This document shows positions 1 to 8,966 of a DNA stretch of 64,000 nt, in pieces. Under the pieces are notes generated by a model. It was not told the DNA's origin. It made no database searches and was given only the letters and a program-made list of their open reading frames with translations. Within the stretch, counting starts at the first letter, position 1, and every line of letters starts with the position of its first letter. This DNA is from an uncultured Verrucomicrobiae bacterium (lineage in GTDB: Bacteria > Verrucomicrobiota > Verrucomicrobiia > Chthoniobacterales > UBA10450), in assembly GCA_963772365.1 (NCBI GenBank), contig CAVYXA010000003.1:768896-832895 (forward strand), in the 5' to 3' direction. Both the position numbers and the translations under genes were made by a program.

Positions 1-1
1 G

Positions 2-601
2 ACGATCAGCGACATTGACCGCGTGCGCGGCGTGGGGAGTTTCCGCGAGCTCGATCCGGCAACGCGGGCGCGCGAGCTCGGCAGCTTTCGCGACGAAGTT
101 TCGAAAAGAGGCCCGATCACGGAGAAAGTAATCGCAAAGTGGATCGGCGATGCTATTGACCGGCAGCGGCTCCTCGCTGGAGTCGCTTTCGGCATGATCC
201 GCTGGCCCAGGTCGCTCGGCCGTCCGTTAACGCCGAACCTCGCCGACGCGTTCGAGCTAGAGCATTATCGGAAGAACCTCAACGGCGCCTTCGGCCCGGA
301 GGGAGGATTCGACACTAGCAAGTTCGAGAAGATGCCGACGCCGTTCGCGTATGACGCGTCGACCGATGACGAGTACCGCGTCGCGTTCCACTTCTTCACG
401 GACTTCTTTAACCATTTTAACTACTGGTTGCGCGAAGGCCCCTGGGAACGCCCCGCCGGACTGCGGCCAGGCTACCGGTTCCTCGATCCCTATCTCATCG
501 AGCCATTTACGAATGATGGCCATCAGACCATCGTGTTGAAAGACATCAACGTGCGTTATGTGCCGCTGATCCGCGTCGGTGGAATTCGGGTGTTAAAGTG
601 A
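2..601 (+). CDS. Hypothetical protein, 5'-truncated by the window edge
   Basis: The frame is open from position 2 to TGA at 599-601 with protein-like composition. No motif recognised. Confidence 0.55.
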   Translation, partial: TISDIDRVRGVGSFRELDPATRARELGSFRDEVSKRGPITEKVIAKWIGDAIDRQRLLAGVAFGMIRWPRSLGRPLTPNLADAFELEHYRKNLNGAFGPEGGFDTSKFEKMPTPFAYDASTDDEYRVAFHFFTDFFNHFNYWLREGPWERPAGLRPGYRFLDPYLIEPFTNDGHQTIVLKDINVRYVPLIRVGGIRVLK

Positions 602-810
602 GCGGCGCGAGAGAAGAAGCCCGCTGATTGCGAACAGAACGAATCACTCCGCCGGGTTGAGCGCGGCCTTGCGTGCGGCCAAGTCTTTCGACTCATTGCA
701 AAGTGGGCGGAATTGGAACGCAGCATGCGGGACAATTTCATTGCGCGCTCCCGAAACGTTTCGGCGCGGGAGCGGATAGCTTGTCCGTTGTGTGCGGAGG
801 CCCTCGCGGT

Positions 811-852
811 CCAAGAAGAAAATCCTGGATGATCGGATCGTTCGATTGCTGC
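811..852. repeat. 42-bp direct-repeat copy of the mlaF 3' region (att-like)
   Basis: 811-852 matches 3191-3232 at 40/42 positions. On the minus strand it encodes QQSNDPIIQDFLLG versus QQSSDPIIQDFLLG in mlaF. Confidence 0.9.
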
Positions 853-928
853 GACAAATCCCGACACACCAGAGATAAGCGAATATTCCCCATGCACAGA
901 GAAATGTCTGGCCCCGTACAAAGAATGG

Positions 929-949
929 GGTCTAATCATAGTTAGGCTT
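929..949 (+). other. Integron attI/core-site-like sequence (GTTRRRY)
   Basis: GGTCTAATCATA-GTTAGGC, with GTTAGGC at 941-947 ending 7 nt before the ATG. Resembles the L-spacer-R layout of attI sites. Confidence 0.55.
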
Positions 950-954
950 ATCGC

Positions 955-1962
955 ATGAAGCGTTTTCTCATCACCATCCCTATTGTTATCGCAGTTCTTG
1001 TGGCGGCCCTCGGACTCGCGATCGCAATTGGCGGACCAGGCGAGCCGCCGAGGCCAATGTCGAGCATTAGTGACCCTTTCAAGAAGGTGGATTTCTCCGA
1101 TTTACCGGAACTCAGTTACTTTACGGCTCGCGACGGCGCCAAACTCGCCTTTCGGGCCTACCCGACTGCCGGTGACGCCGTCAAAGGCAGCGTGGTGCTC
1201 GTGCACGGCTCCTCTGCCAGCAGCAGCAGCATGCACCTGATGGCCAAGGGATTTGCCGCCGCTGGCTATGCAGCTTACGCGCTGGACATCCGCGGACACG
1301 GCCGATCCGGCGTCAAAGGCCACATCGCCTATGTCGGGCAGTTGGAGGACGACATGGAAGACTTTGTCCATTCGACGAAATTGGCTCAACCTTCCACGCT
1401 CGTCGGGTTCTCTTCCGGCGGCGGATTTGTGCTTCGCTTCGCGGGCAGTCCACGTCAGGAACTATTCGCCAACTATCTTCTTCTTTCTCCTTGGATCAGT
1501 CAGGACGCAGCGACGTTGCGTCCGGGTAACGGCGGCTGGGCTACCGTGGGGGTTCCCCGCATCATCGCGATCGCCGCGCTCAACGGGTTTGGCGTACACG
1601 CATTTGACGACCTGCCCGTGGTCAGATTCGCGGTCGACGAGCGGGACAAAGGCTTGCTCACCCCGCAATATTCCTTCGCGCTCGCGCAGAACTTCAGGCC
1701 TGAGCGCGATTACCAGGCAAACATTCGAGCGATTAGGAAAACCCTTCGGGTGCTCGTCGGTCAGAATGATGAAGTGTCTTACGCCGATAAGTTTGCTGCC
1801 GTTTTCAAGACAGCGGGTAAGGATGTTTCCGTGACGGTGCTTCCCGGGATCGACCACATCTCGCTCACACTTGATCCAGTCGCCGTCCAAGCGGCAATCG
1901 CGGCGGTTGAAAGCATGGATCACGAAAAGCCTAACCAGACATCTGAGGTAATCGGTCAATAA
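955..1962 (+). CDS. Alpha/beta fold hydrolase with N-terminal membrane anchor or signal (probable gene cassette)
   Basis: LVHG oxyanion motif, DIRGHG, nucleophile elbow GFSSGG, C-terminal Asp/His (NDEV, IDH). Confidence 0.9.
   Translation: MKRFLITIPIVIAVLVAALGLAIAIGGPGEPPRPMSSISDPFKKVDFSDLPELSYFTARDGAKLAFRAYPTAGDAVKGSVVLVHGSSASSSSMHLMAKGFAAAGYAAYALDIRGHGRSGVKGHIAYVGQLEDDMEDFVHSTKLAQPSTLVGFSSGGGFVLRFAGSPRQELFANYLLLSPWISQDAATLRPGNGGWATVGVPRIIAIAALNGFGVHAFDDLPVVRFAVDERDKGLLTPQYSFALAQNFRPERDYQANIRAIRKTLRVLVGQNDEVSYADKFAAVFKTAGKDVSVTVLPGIDHISLTLDPVAVQAAIAAVESMDHEKPNQTSEVIGQ
1927..1950 (+). other. Left half of a truncated attC site (R'' inverse core)
   Basis: AAGCCTAAC (1927-1935) is the exact reverse complement of GTTAGGCTT (941-949). 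No matching R' box is visible downstream. Confidence 0.55.
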
Positions 1963-1964
1963 TT

Positions 1965-2215
1965 TTGGGTGAACGCTTCGTAGCTCAGGATCGTGCCGCG
2001 CGGCGCTGAAGGCGCATTGGAGGAAGGCAGTGCGCAGCATTTCTACTCCACGTTTACTCATTTTGATCCGGCCTAGCCATTGTCCGCTCTGGCGCAAGCG
2101 CGGGTCGTTACCCATAAAGGCTTGGAGGCGGGCGGCGGCCTGGCGGTTACTGCCAGCGTGTAAGATTTCGCCGGGCAAAAAAGCCAGTACTCTGACGGCA
2201 AAATCGAAGAAACCT
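1965..2215 (-). mobile_element. IS110-family transposase remnant (C-terminal Transposase_20-like segment)
   Basis: Minus-strand translation AARLQAFMGNDPRLRQSGQWLGRIKMSKRGVEMLRTAFLQCAFSAARHDPELR fits the IS110 G-x-x-P..QSG..SKRG..LR pattern. Both ends are missing. Confidence 0.7.
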
Positions 2216-2413
2216 CAACTCTGGCTCCAAAGCCATCCCGTCGATTGGACCCACTGGTGGACCAAAACCGCTTTAACCAAGACCAAACTAAACCCCGGTT
2301 GGCCTTCATCCCCTCGACCTCCCAACTGACAATTGATCAACACTACCCTTGGAAAATAAGATCCTGAAATTGCGCTTGACGGACGGGCGCCGGGTTCTCA
2401 TTCTGCAACTCTT

Positions 2414-3112
2414 ATGAAACCTCCCAGGCATGCGAAGTCACGGAGAGCGGCCACGATCAACCATGCGCGCTGGCTGGCCTACGCCACGGCGGGCGCGGCC
2501 ACGATGATTGGTGGCGCCGAGTCGGCGGAAGCGACCATCCACTACTCCGGAGTCATCAACCGAACCTTCAACGCGCCTCCCAACGCTTCCAGCTTTCAAA
2601 CGTTTACCTTGGATCAACCCGGTGATTTCTTCAGGATCGGCCAGGCCGTGTTGAATTCTGCCGGAACCGATGGGTTCGCCGGCTTTGGCATGGGTGGCAT
2701 CGTTTCGGGGAAATTTGTGGGCTACACCAGTTCGGCAGGCGCGTTTGCGCTTGAGTCAAGGTTGCTTGTTGGGCAGGCATTTTCGATGGCGACGAATTTT
2801 GTCGCCAATGGAACCGTGTATGGCACCGGGACCCTCGCAGGCGGTAGTGTATACGGCCAATTTCGCACGGCGGGTCCGGGCTACATTGGTTTTCGGTTTA
2901 ATAGCGGCAGCGGTATGCAGTTTGGTTGGGCCCACGTCCAGATGAACGGAGCGGGCGCCGCTAACAGTTTCACTCTGATCGATTATGCATTCGGCGATGT
3001 CGGCGATTCAATCGTAGCGGGCCAGATACCCGAGCCGGGTTCGCTCGGGCTGCTCGCTTTGGGAGGAATCGGACTCCTCGTCTGGCGCAAGCGCCGGCTG
3101 AAAGCGACCTAG
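2414..3112 (+). CDS. PEP-CTERM sorting domain protein
   Basis: N-terminal signal ending AESAEA. C-terminal IPEPGSLGLLALGGIGLLVWRKRR (PEP, transmembrane helix, basic tail). Confidence 0.92.
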   Translation: MKPPRHAKSRRAATINHARWLAYATAGAATMIGGAESAEATIHYSGVINRTFNAPPNASSFQTFTLDQPGDFFRIGQAVLNSAGTDGFAGFGMGGIVSGKFVGYTSSAGAFALESRLLVGQAFSMATNFVANGTVYGTGTLAGGSVYGQFRTAGPGYIGFRFNSGSGMQFGWAHVQMNGAGAANSFTLIDYAFGDVGDSIVAGQIPEPGSLGLLALGGIGLLVWRKRRLKAT

Positions 3113-3147
3113 GGAGAGGGTCAGAGGACCTAGGGAGAGGGTCAGAG
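3106..3147. repeat. 21-bp tandem duplication between convergent stop codons
   Basis: GACCTAGGGAGAGGGTCAGAG occurs at 3106-3126 and 3127-3147. Confidence 0.9.
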
Positions 3148-3906
3148 CTTACCATCGACAATAGCGGCGGCTCCATTTCGCTCGGAGCGGCCGAGAAGAA
3201 AATCCTGGATGATCGGATCGCTCGATTGCTGCAGGTCCGACGTTGTTCCGTGGAAATAAATCCGGCCTTCGTGCAGATAGGCGATGCGGTCGGCGACATG
3301 AAATGCGCTCTTCATATCGTGACTGACCACGATGCTGGTTACCCCAAAGCGCTGCTGTAACCGCCGGATCAGGTGATTGATGCTATCGGCCACGACCGGA
3401 TCGAGTCCTGAGGTCGGCTCGTCGTAGAGCACGCATAACGGCCGGCGAATGATCGCACGTGCCAGGCCGACGCGCTTTTTCATTCCGCCGCTCAGGTTCA
3501 CCGGCATTTTCTCGTGCTCGCCTTCCATCTCGATCACTTCGAGCATCTCATTCACTTTCGCGCGCAATGTCTGGGCATCGCGCATCCCGGCTTCGCGCAA
3601 AGGAAACGCGATGTTTTCTTCCACCGTCATCGAATCGAATAATGCGCCACCCTGAAACAGGATTCCCACTTTCTGGCGGACTGCTTCCAGACCGCGCTCG
3701 CTCATTCCAACAATGTTCTGATTGTCGATCCAAATTTCGCCTGCGTCCGGTTTCATCAACCCGATCAGATGTTTGAGCAGCACGCTTTTGCCTCCACCGC
3801 TTCGCCCGATGATGACCAGCGTCTCGCCTTTGTTTACCTGAAGATCAACGCCGCGCAGAATTTCCTGACTGCCGATCGCTTTGGCCAGCGACTGCACTTT
3901 GATCAT
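3142..3906 (-). CDS. mlaF: MlaF/Mkl-type ABC transporter ATP-binding protein
   Basis: Walker A GRSGGGKS, FQGGALFDS, signature LSGGMKKR, LYDEPTSGLDP, SHD. Adjacent to mlaE. Confidence 0.92.
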   Translation of the reverse strand: MIKVQSLAKAIGSQEILRGVDLQVNKGETLVIIGRSGGGKSVLLKHLIGLMKPDAGEIWIDNQNIVGMSERGLEAVRQKVGILFQGGALFDSMTVEENIAFPLREAGMRDAQTLRAKVNEMLEVIEMEGEHEKMPVNLSGGMKKRVGLARAIIRRPLCVLYDEPTSGLDPVVADSINHLIRRLQQRFGVTSIVVSHDMKSAFHVADRIAYLHEGRIYFHGTTSDLQQSSDPIIQDFLLGRSERNGAAAIVDGKL

Positions 3907-3983
3907 GGCTTTGAATTATCAGATCCCATTACTCCATCACTCACCCGTTTCAACCATGTAACCATGTAACGATTTAACGATGA

Positions 3984-4766
3984 TCATTGGTAACCGGCGG
4001 GAAAAATGATGTTCAAACCCATCGTCAGGAAAAAATTCGAGACCAGAACGGCCAGTGATGCATTGACCACGGCTTCGGTCGTTGCCCGGCCCACGCCGAC
4101 TGCGCCTTCGCGCGCGGTGAGCCCTTTGTGGCAACTGATGAAAACGATCAAGATCGCAAAACAGAACGCCTTGATCAGCCCCATTGTGATATCGCGCGAA
4201 TGTGTCCAACGCACCATGTTGGCAACATAGTAGGGACCGTTGATGCCGAGCAGTCCGACCGATACAAAATAACTGGCAGCGATACCGAAGGCGATGCATT
4301 CCGCCACGAGCAGCGGCATCGATAGCATCATCGCCAGCGTGCGCGGGACGACTAAATAATCAATCGGATGAACAGCCAACGCCCGAAGTGCGTCGATCTG
4401 CTCCGTGACTTTCATCGTCCCAATCTCGGCCGACATCGCCGCGCCGACGCGGCCGCTTATCATTAACGCGGTCAGAACCGGTGCGAGCTCGCGGCAAAGC
4501 GACACCGAAACAAGCGCGCCAACGGCTGAGCCCATACCGAGCTTGTTGAATTGGAAAAACGCCTGCGCCGCAAAGACCGCGCCGGTAAACCCGCCCGTGA
4601 TCACGACCAGAAGCTGCGAAAGCAATCCGATTTCGACGACCTGGTGCAGGAATAATTTCCAGCGCAGTTTTCGGGAGAAGATCGACAGCGTCGTTTCGAC
4701 AGCGAGCACGACGAGTTCGCCTAAGTATTGAAAAAACGAGATGACTGCTCTACCCAGCGCACGCAT
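3984..4766 (-). CDS. mlaE: MlaE family lipid ABC transporter permease
   Basis: RELAPVLTA..GRVGAAMSAEIGTMKVTEQIDAL..PR and GAVGVGRATT motifs. Confidence 0.93.
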   Translation of the reverse strand: MRALGRAVISFFQYLGELVVLAVETTLSIFSRKLRWKLFLHQVVEIGLLSQLLVVITGGFTGAVFAAQAFFQFNKLGMGSAVGALVSVSLCRELAPVLTALMISGRVGAAMSAEIGTMKVTEQIDALRALAVHPIDYLVVPRTLAMMLSMPLLVAECIAFGIAASYFVSVGLLGINGPYYVANMVRWTHSRDITMGLIKAFCFAILIVFISCHKGLTAREGAVGVGRATTEAVVNASLAVLVSNFFLTMGLNIIFPAGYQ

Positions 4767-4880
4767 GGCTGGATAATTTAGGAGCAGACTGGAAACCGGC
4801 GCAATGCCTCAAGTTCGTCGAGATTTAGTGTCGTGGTTTGCGTTGGCTCTCAAGTTGGGTAACAGGATGTCGATCTTCTA

Positions 4881-5411
4881 ATGAAATTCGCAATCGTTGC
4901 AGGGCAAGCGCTCCGCTTGCCGACCCTGATCAAGCGGAGCGCTTGCCCTACAATTTTGCTGAGTCTGCTTTTTCTCGCCGGCTGCCAAACGGTCCCCGAG
5001 GGGATTCAACGGGCAAGAGTGGCGGCAGCCCAGCAGATCGCAGCCGAGCCGCCCGGCGATTACTTCATCGGCCGGCGTTATTACAATCCATTTTTCAAAT
5101 TCTGGGGCTATGTGCGTCGGCCTGGTCAGCCGTGGAGCACCGCGCAGCTAGTGATGTTTAATGAAAAGGACAAGCTGGCGCCCGACCGTGAGCAATTGAC
5201 GTTCGGGTTCGATAACAATTACGAATACAAGCTTCATGGCTACTTCAGCGGCGACAGAGTTTACGAGCCGGCCAGCAACAGCATCTATCCGGAATTCGTC
5301 CTGAAAGGATATGAGCTGATTTCGACAAATCCGCCGCCGATTTTCCGGAGCCAGGTTGACGAGCGGGCGAAGGCTGCGACCACGCGCTACACGATTGAAA
5401 GGCCGCAGTGA
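4881..5411 (+). CDS. Hypothetical lipoprotein
   Basis: Hydrophobic stretch followed by lipobox LAGC and an aromatic-rich globular domain. True start uncertain. Confidence 0.75.
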   Translation: MKFAIVAGQALRLPTLIKRSACPTILLSLLFLAGCQTVPEGIQRARVAAAQQIAAEPPGDYFIGRRYYNPFFKFWGYVRRPGQPWSTAQLVMFNEKDKLAPDREQLTFGFDNNYEYKLHGYFSGDRVYEPASNSIYPEFVLKGYELISTNPPPIFRSQVDERAKAATTRYTIERPQ

Positions 5412-5436
5412 TGCAGGAAACACGGGTGCAACTGCT

Positions 5437-5561
5437 TGTCATTCTGAGCGCAGCGAAGAATCTCAAATCATTTCTTCCGTGTTATCCCGAAACCGAATGA
5501 TCAAAGATGCTTCGCTTCGCTCAATTCGCCACAGGATGAATCCGCCGCGGTGGACATGACA
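5437..5561. repeat. REP-like palindromic element with an inserted segment
   Basis: TGTCATTCTGAGCGCAGCGAAGAATCT ... AGATGCTTCGCTTCGCTCA[~30 nt insert]CATGACA form imperfect inverted arms. Confidence 0.7.
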
Positions 5562-5622
5562 AAGACTGCTGATGGCTGCTGCAAGACCTGCTTGAGTCGA
5601 TCGTCACGTATGGCTCCGGAAT

Positions 5623-5700
5623 GGCTATGAGCTATGAGCTATGAGCTATGGCTATGGGCTATGGGCTTGGACTCATAGCCCATAGCTCATAGCTCATAGC
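5623..5700. repeat. Heptamer (GCTATGA)n tract followed by its reverse complement (TCATAGC)n
   Basis: Read directly. Lies just past the carbamoyltransferase stop codon. Confidence 0.9.
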
Positions 5701-5703
5701 TTG

Positions 5704-6724
5704 CTACGAAACCCTCCCCAGCATCGAAAGGAGAAGCGCCCGTTGCACATGCAGCCGGTTTTCTGCTTCGTCGATCACGGCGGAGCTGGGGCCATCGAGC
5801 ACGTCGTCGTCGATCTCCACGTTGCGACGGACCGGCAGGCAGTGCATCACCACCGCCTTTCCGCCCCGGGTGGACCGAAGCCGGCGGGCGGTCAACCGCC
5901 AGTCGCGGAGCCCGGCTCGAAGCGCCGCTTCCTCGGCCGGCTGGCCGAAGTGCTTCACCGAGCCCCACGATTTCACATAGACGGCGTCGGCGCCGACCAC
6001 CGCTTCGTCCGGGTCATTCATGATGTGGACGAACTCGCCGCCCCGTTCCTGGGCGATCTTCCGGATCAGCGCGGTGTCCTCCGGATCCAGCTCGTACCCT
6101 TCGGGCCGGGCGATGGCGATTTCCATGCCGAGGTGGGCCGCGGCGAGTGCGGCGCTGGCAGGGACCGCCGTCGGGAGCGCCTTGGGATGCCAGGCCCACT
6201 GCAGCACGAACCGTTTGCCACGGGGGTCGCCCAGCTTCTCCTTGAGCGTCATCGCGTCGGCCAGTTGCTGGCAGGGATGCCGCCGGGACGATTCCATATT
6301 GATCACCGGCTTCTCGCAGAAGCCGGCGAAATCACGCACCACCCGGTCTTCCCGGACGCTGCCCCAATCGGTGCCCCGGGGAAACGATCGCACCCCGACG
6401 ACATCGGCATAACGGCCCAGCACCCGGGCCGCATCCTTCACGTGCTCCACCGTGGTCCCGTCCATCACCGCACCCGGCTCAGTCTCCAGGGTCCAGCTGC
6501 TTTTCCCGGGCTCGAGCGCGACCGCGTGCCCACCGTGGAGGTACATGGCCGTCTCGAAGCTGGTCCGGGTCCGGAGACTCGGGTCCATGAAGACCATGGC
6601 CATCACTTTCCCTTCGAGGCCGCCTTGCACTTCGCCCCGCTTGATCCGCGCCGCCAGCTCGAGGAGCCGGGTCGATGGCGTCGGGCCCCCATTCCTCGGC
6701 GGTGATGAAATCGCGCTTGGTCAT
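5704..6724 (-). CDS. argF: N-acetylornithine carbamoyltransferase (ArgF'/AOTCase), frameshifted near the 5' end
   Basis: DPSLRTRTSF, VEHVKDA, HPCQ, WAWHPKALP, YVKSW, MHCLPVRR. The N-terminus MTKRDFIT is in another frame. Confidence 0.9.
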
Positions 6725-7899
6725 GCCAGCACCTCCCGGAGTGCGGAGAGCAGGATCTCCGCCTCCGGCCGGCTGAACGTCAGCGGCGGGATGAGGCGAA
6801 GGATGGATGGGTCGGTCGCGGTGCCGACCAGGATCTTCCTGGTCATCAGGGCCTTCTGGACGTCGGCGGCCGGCCGGCTGAGTCGCACGCCAATAAGAAG
6901 GCCCCGGCCCTCTATTCCGATGACCCCGGGGAGGCTGCCCGCGACAGCGCTGAGGTGGCCGCCCACCTCGATCGCATTGGCGATCAGCTTCTCCCGATCC
7001 AGTACTTCGAGGGTCGCCAGCGCAGCGGCACAAGGCACCGGCCCGCCGCCGAAGGTACTGCCGAGATCCCCGGTCTTCACCCGGGCGCCGATCGCCTCGG
7101 AGATCAGGGTGGCGCCGATCGGGAGACCGGAGGCCAGACCCTTGGCCAGGGTCAGCAGGTCCGGGATGACCCCGAACGACTCCGCCGCGGTGAAGGCGCC
7201 ACAGCGTCCCACGCCGCACTGGACCTCATCATAGATGAGCATCGCGCCCCGGGCCGTGCACAGCTCGCGGATCCTCCGCAGGAAGGTGGGGGTCGACCGC
7301 GCGGGCCCCCGACATGCCCTGCACCGGCTCGAGAATCACCGCGGCGACAGTCGAATCAATCGCCTGCTCCAGCCCCTCCACCTGATTGAACGGGACCTTC
7401 CGGGAAAGCGGGACCCCGGCCCGGCAGCGCCCCCTCCTCGTATTTGATTCCGTGGGTCACCGCGAGGCAGGCGGCGGTCCTGCCATGCCAGCCGCCTTCC
7501 AGCGAGACCACGTTTCGCCGGCCGGTGACTTTGCGGGCCAGGTTCAGCGCATTCTCGTTGGCCTCCGCCCCGGAGTTGCAGAAAAACACCCGCGAGAGCG
7601 GGGCCGGCGCCCGGCTCGCCAGCTCGTCGGCCAGGCGCTCACGATTCTCGTGGGCCACCGCGGTCGAGTAAAACAGCAGCTTCTCCGCCTGCTCGGCGAT
7701 GGCCCCCACCACGACCGGGTGACTGTGGCCGGTGGCGGAGACTGCGTGCCCGCCGTAGGCATCGAGCCACCGTTCTCCCTGTTCATCAACCAGCCAGGAT
7801 CCCCTTGCCGGATACCGGTCTGACCGGAAAGATGGAGTAAGTGCCGAGGAGCGCCGACTGGTTGCCCGCCCCGCCCGCCTTGCCCGCTCCGCCTGCCAT
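6721..7899 (-). CDS. argD: Acetylornithine aminotransferase (class III PLP), frameshifted
   Basis: WLDAYGGHAV, FFCNSGAEANENA, WHGRT, DEVQCGVGR, TLAKGL, STFGG spread across ORFs 7356-7907 and 6721-7242. Confidence 0.9.
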
Positions 7900-7900
7900 G

Positions 7901-8924
7901 TCAGCATGGAAACATCGCTCCTGCCCTGAGCCCCATCTCCTCCGGAAGCCCGAGCGCCAGATTCATCGCCTGGATGGCCTGACCCCCGGCGCCCTTGATC
8001 AGGTTGTCCACCGCGACCATCACCTGGACCTCGCGGCCGTCGGTGCTCTGCGCGGCGTGAATCAGGGCGTAGTTGGTGCCCACCGCATGGGTCAGCTCCG
8101 GCGGTTGATCGAGGAGGCGGACAAACGGCCGGTCGTCGTAGGCCTGCTGGAACAGGGACTTCAGGTCGACGGCCTTGGGCAACTGGGCGTGAAGCGTCAG
8201 GTAGATCCCCCGCACGAAGGGACCGGAGTGGGTCATCAACCGGGCCCGGGCGGCGGGCTCACCGGTCCACTCCCGCCAGCGCTGCAGGATTTCCGCCTCA
8301 TGCCGGTGCTTGAGCACCGAGTAGGCGAAGACGTTGTGGGCCCGGGCCGGATGATGGGTCGTGGGCCTGGGATGGACCCCTGCGCCACTCGACCCGGTGA
8401 TCCCGAACAGCGAAGGGACCACCTCGATACCGAGACCCGCCAGCGGATACAGGGCCAGTTGCGCCGCCGTGGCGAAGCAGCCCGGCGCGGCCAGCGAGCC
8501 TTCCCCTGGAGCTGAGTACCGAGCACATCGGCCAGCGCGTAGGTGAAGCGCGGCACCAGACCCGGCACCGGGTGCGGGCCATAGAAGCGGGAGTACAACT
8601 CGAGGTCGCTGACCCGGAAGTCGGCGGCGAGATCGATGACCAGTTTCGGCTCGGCGGCAAACAGCTCTCGGCGACCCTGGAGGATTCGCCATGCTCCAGC
8701 GCCAGGAAGACGACATCCGCCTCCGGGCCGCCTCTCCGGCGAAGCACCGGAGAAGCGAACGTCGGTGAGCGGTGCCAGACCGGGGTGCACCTCCCCACCG
8801 GCACCCCGGCCTTGCTCCGGCTGGTGGCCACGATCCCGGCCACCTCGGGGTGCTGCATCAGGAGCCGGAGCAGCTCGCCACCGACATAGCCGGCGGCGCC
8901 GATGACGGCGACACGAAAAGCCAT
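7901..8924 (-). CDS. argC: N-acetyl-gamma-glutamyl-phosphate reductase, frameshifted
   Basis: GAAGYVGGEL, IDLAADFR, APGCFATA, GSSGAG, HRHEAEI, DNLIKGAGGQAIQAMN. Confidence 0.92.
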
Positions 8925-8966
8925 GATTGCTTCAGCCGGGATGGGGAGTCGTCGGTCGCGAGTCCG

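Noticed and set aside
556..945. ORFs 556-939 (-) and 673-945 (+) as genes
   Set aside because: They show no motifs and overlap the duplicated mlaF end and the attI-like region.
1983..2010. Complete attC using CTCAGGAT as the L' box
   Set aside because: No GTTRRRY follows at the right spacing, and these bases belong to the IS110-like coding segment.
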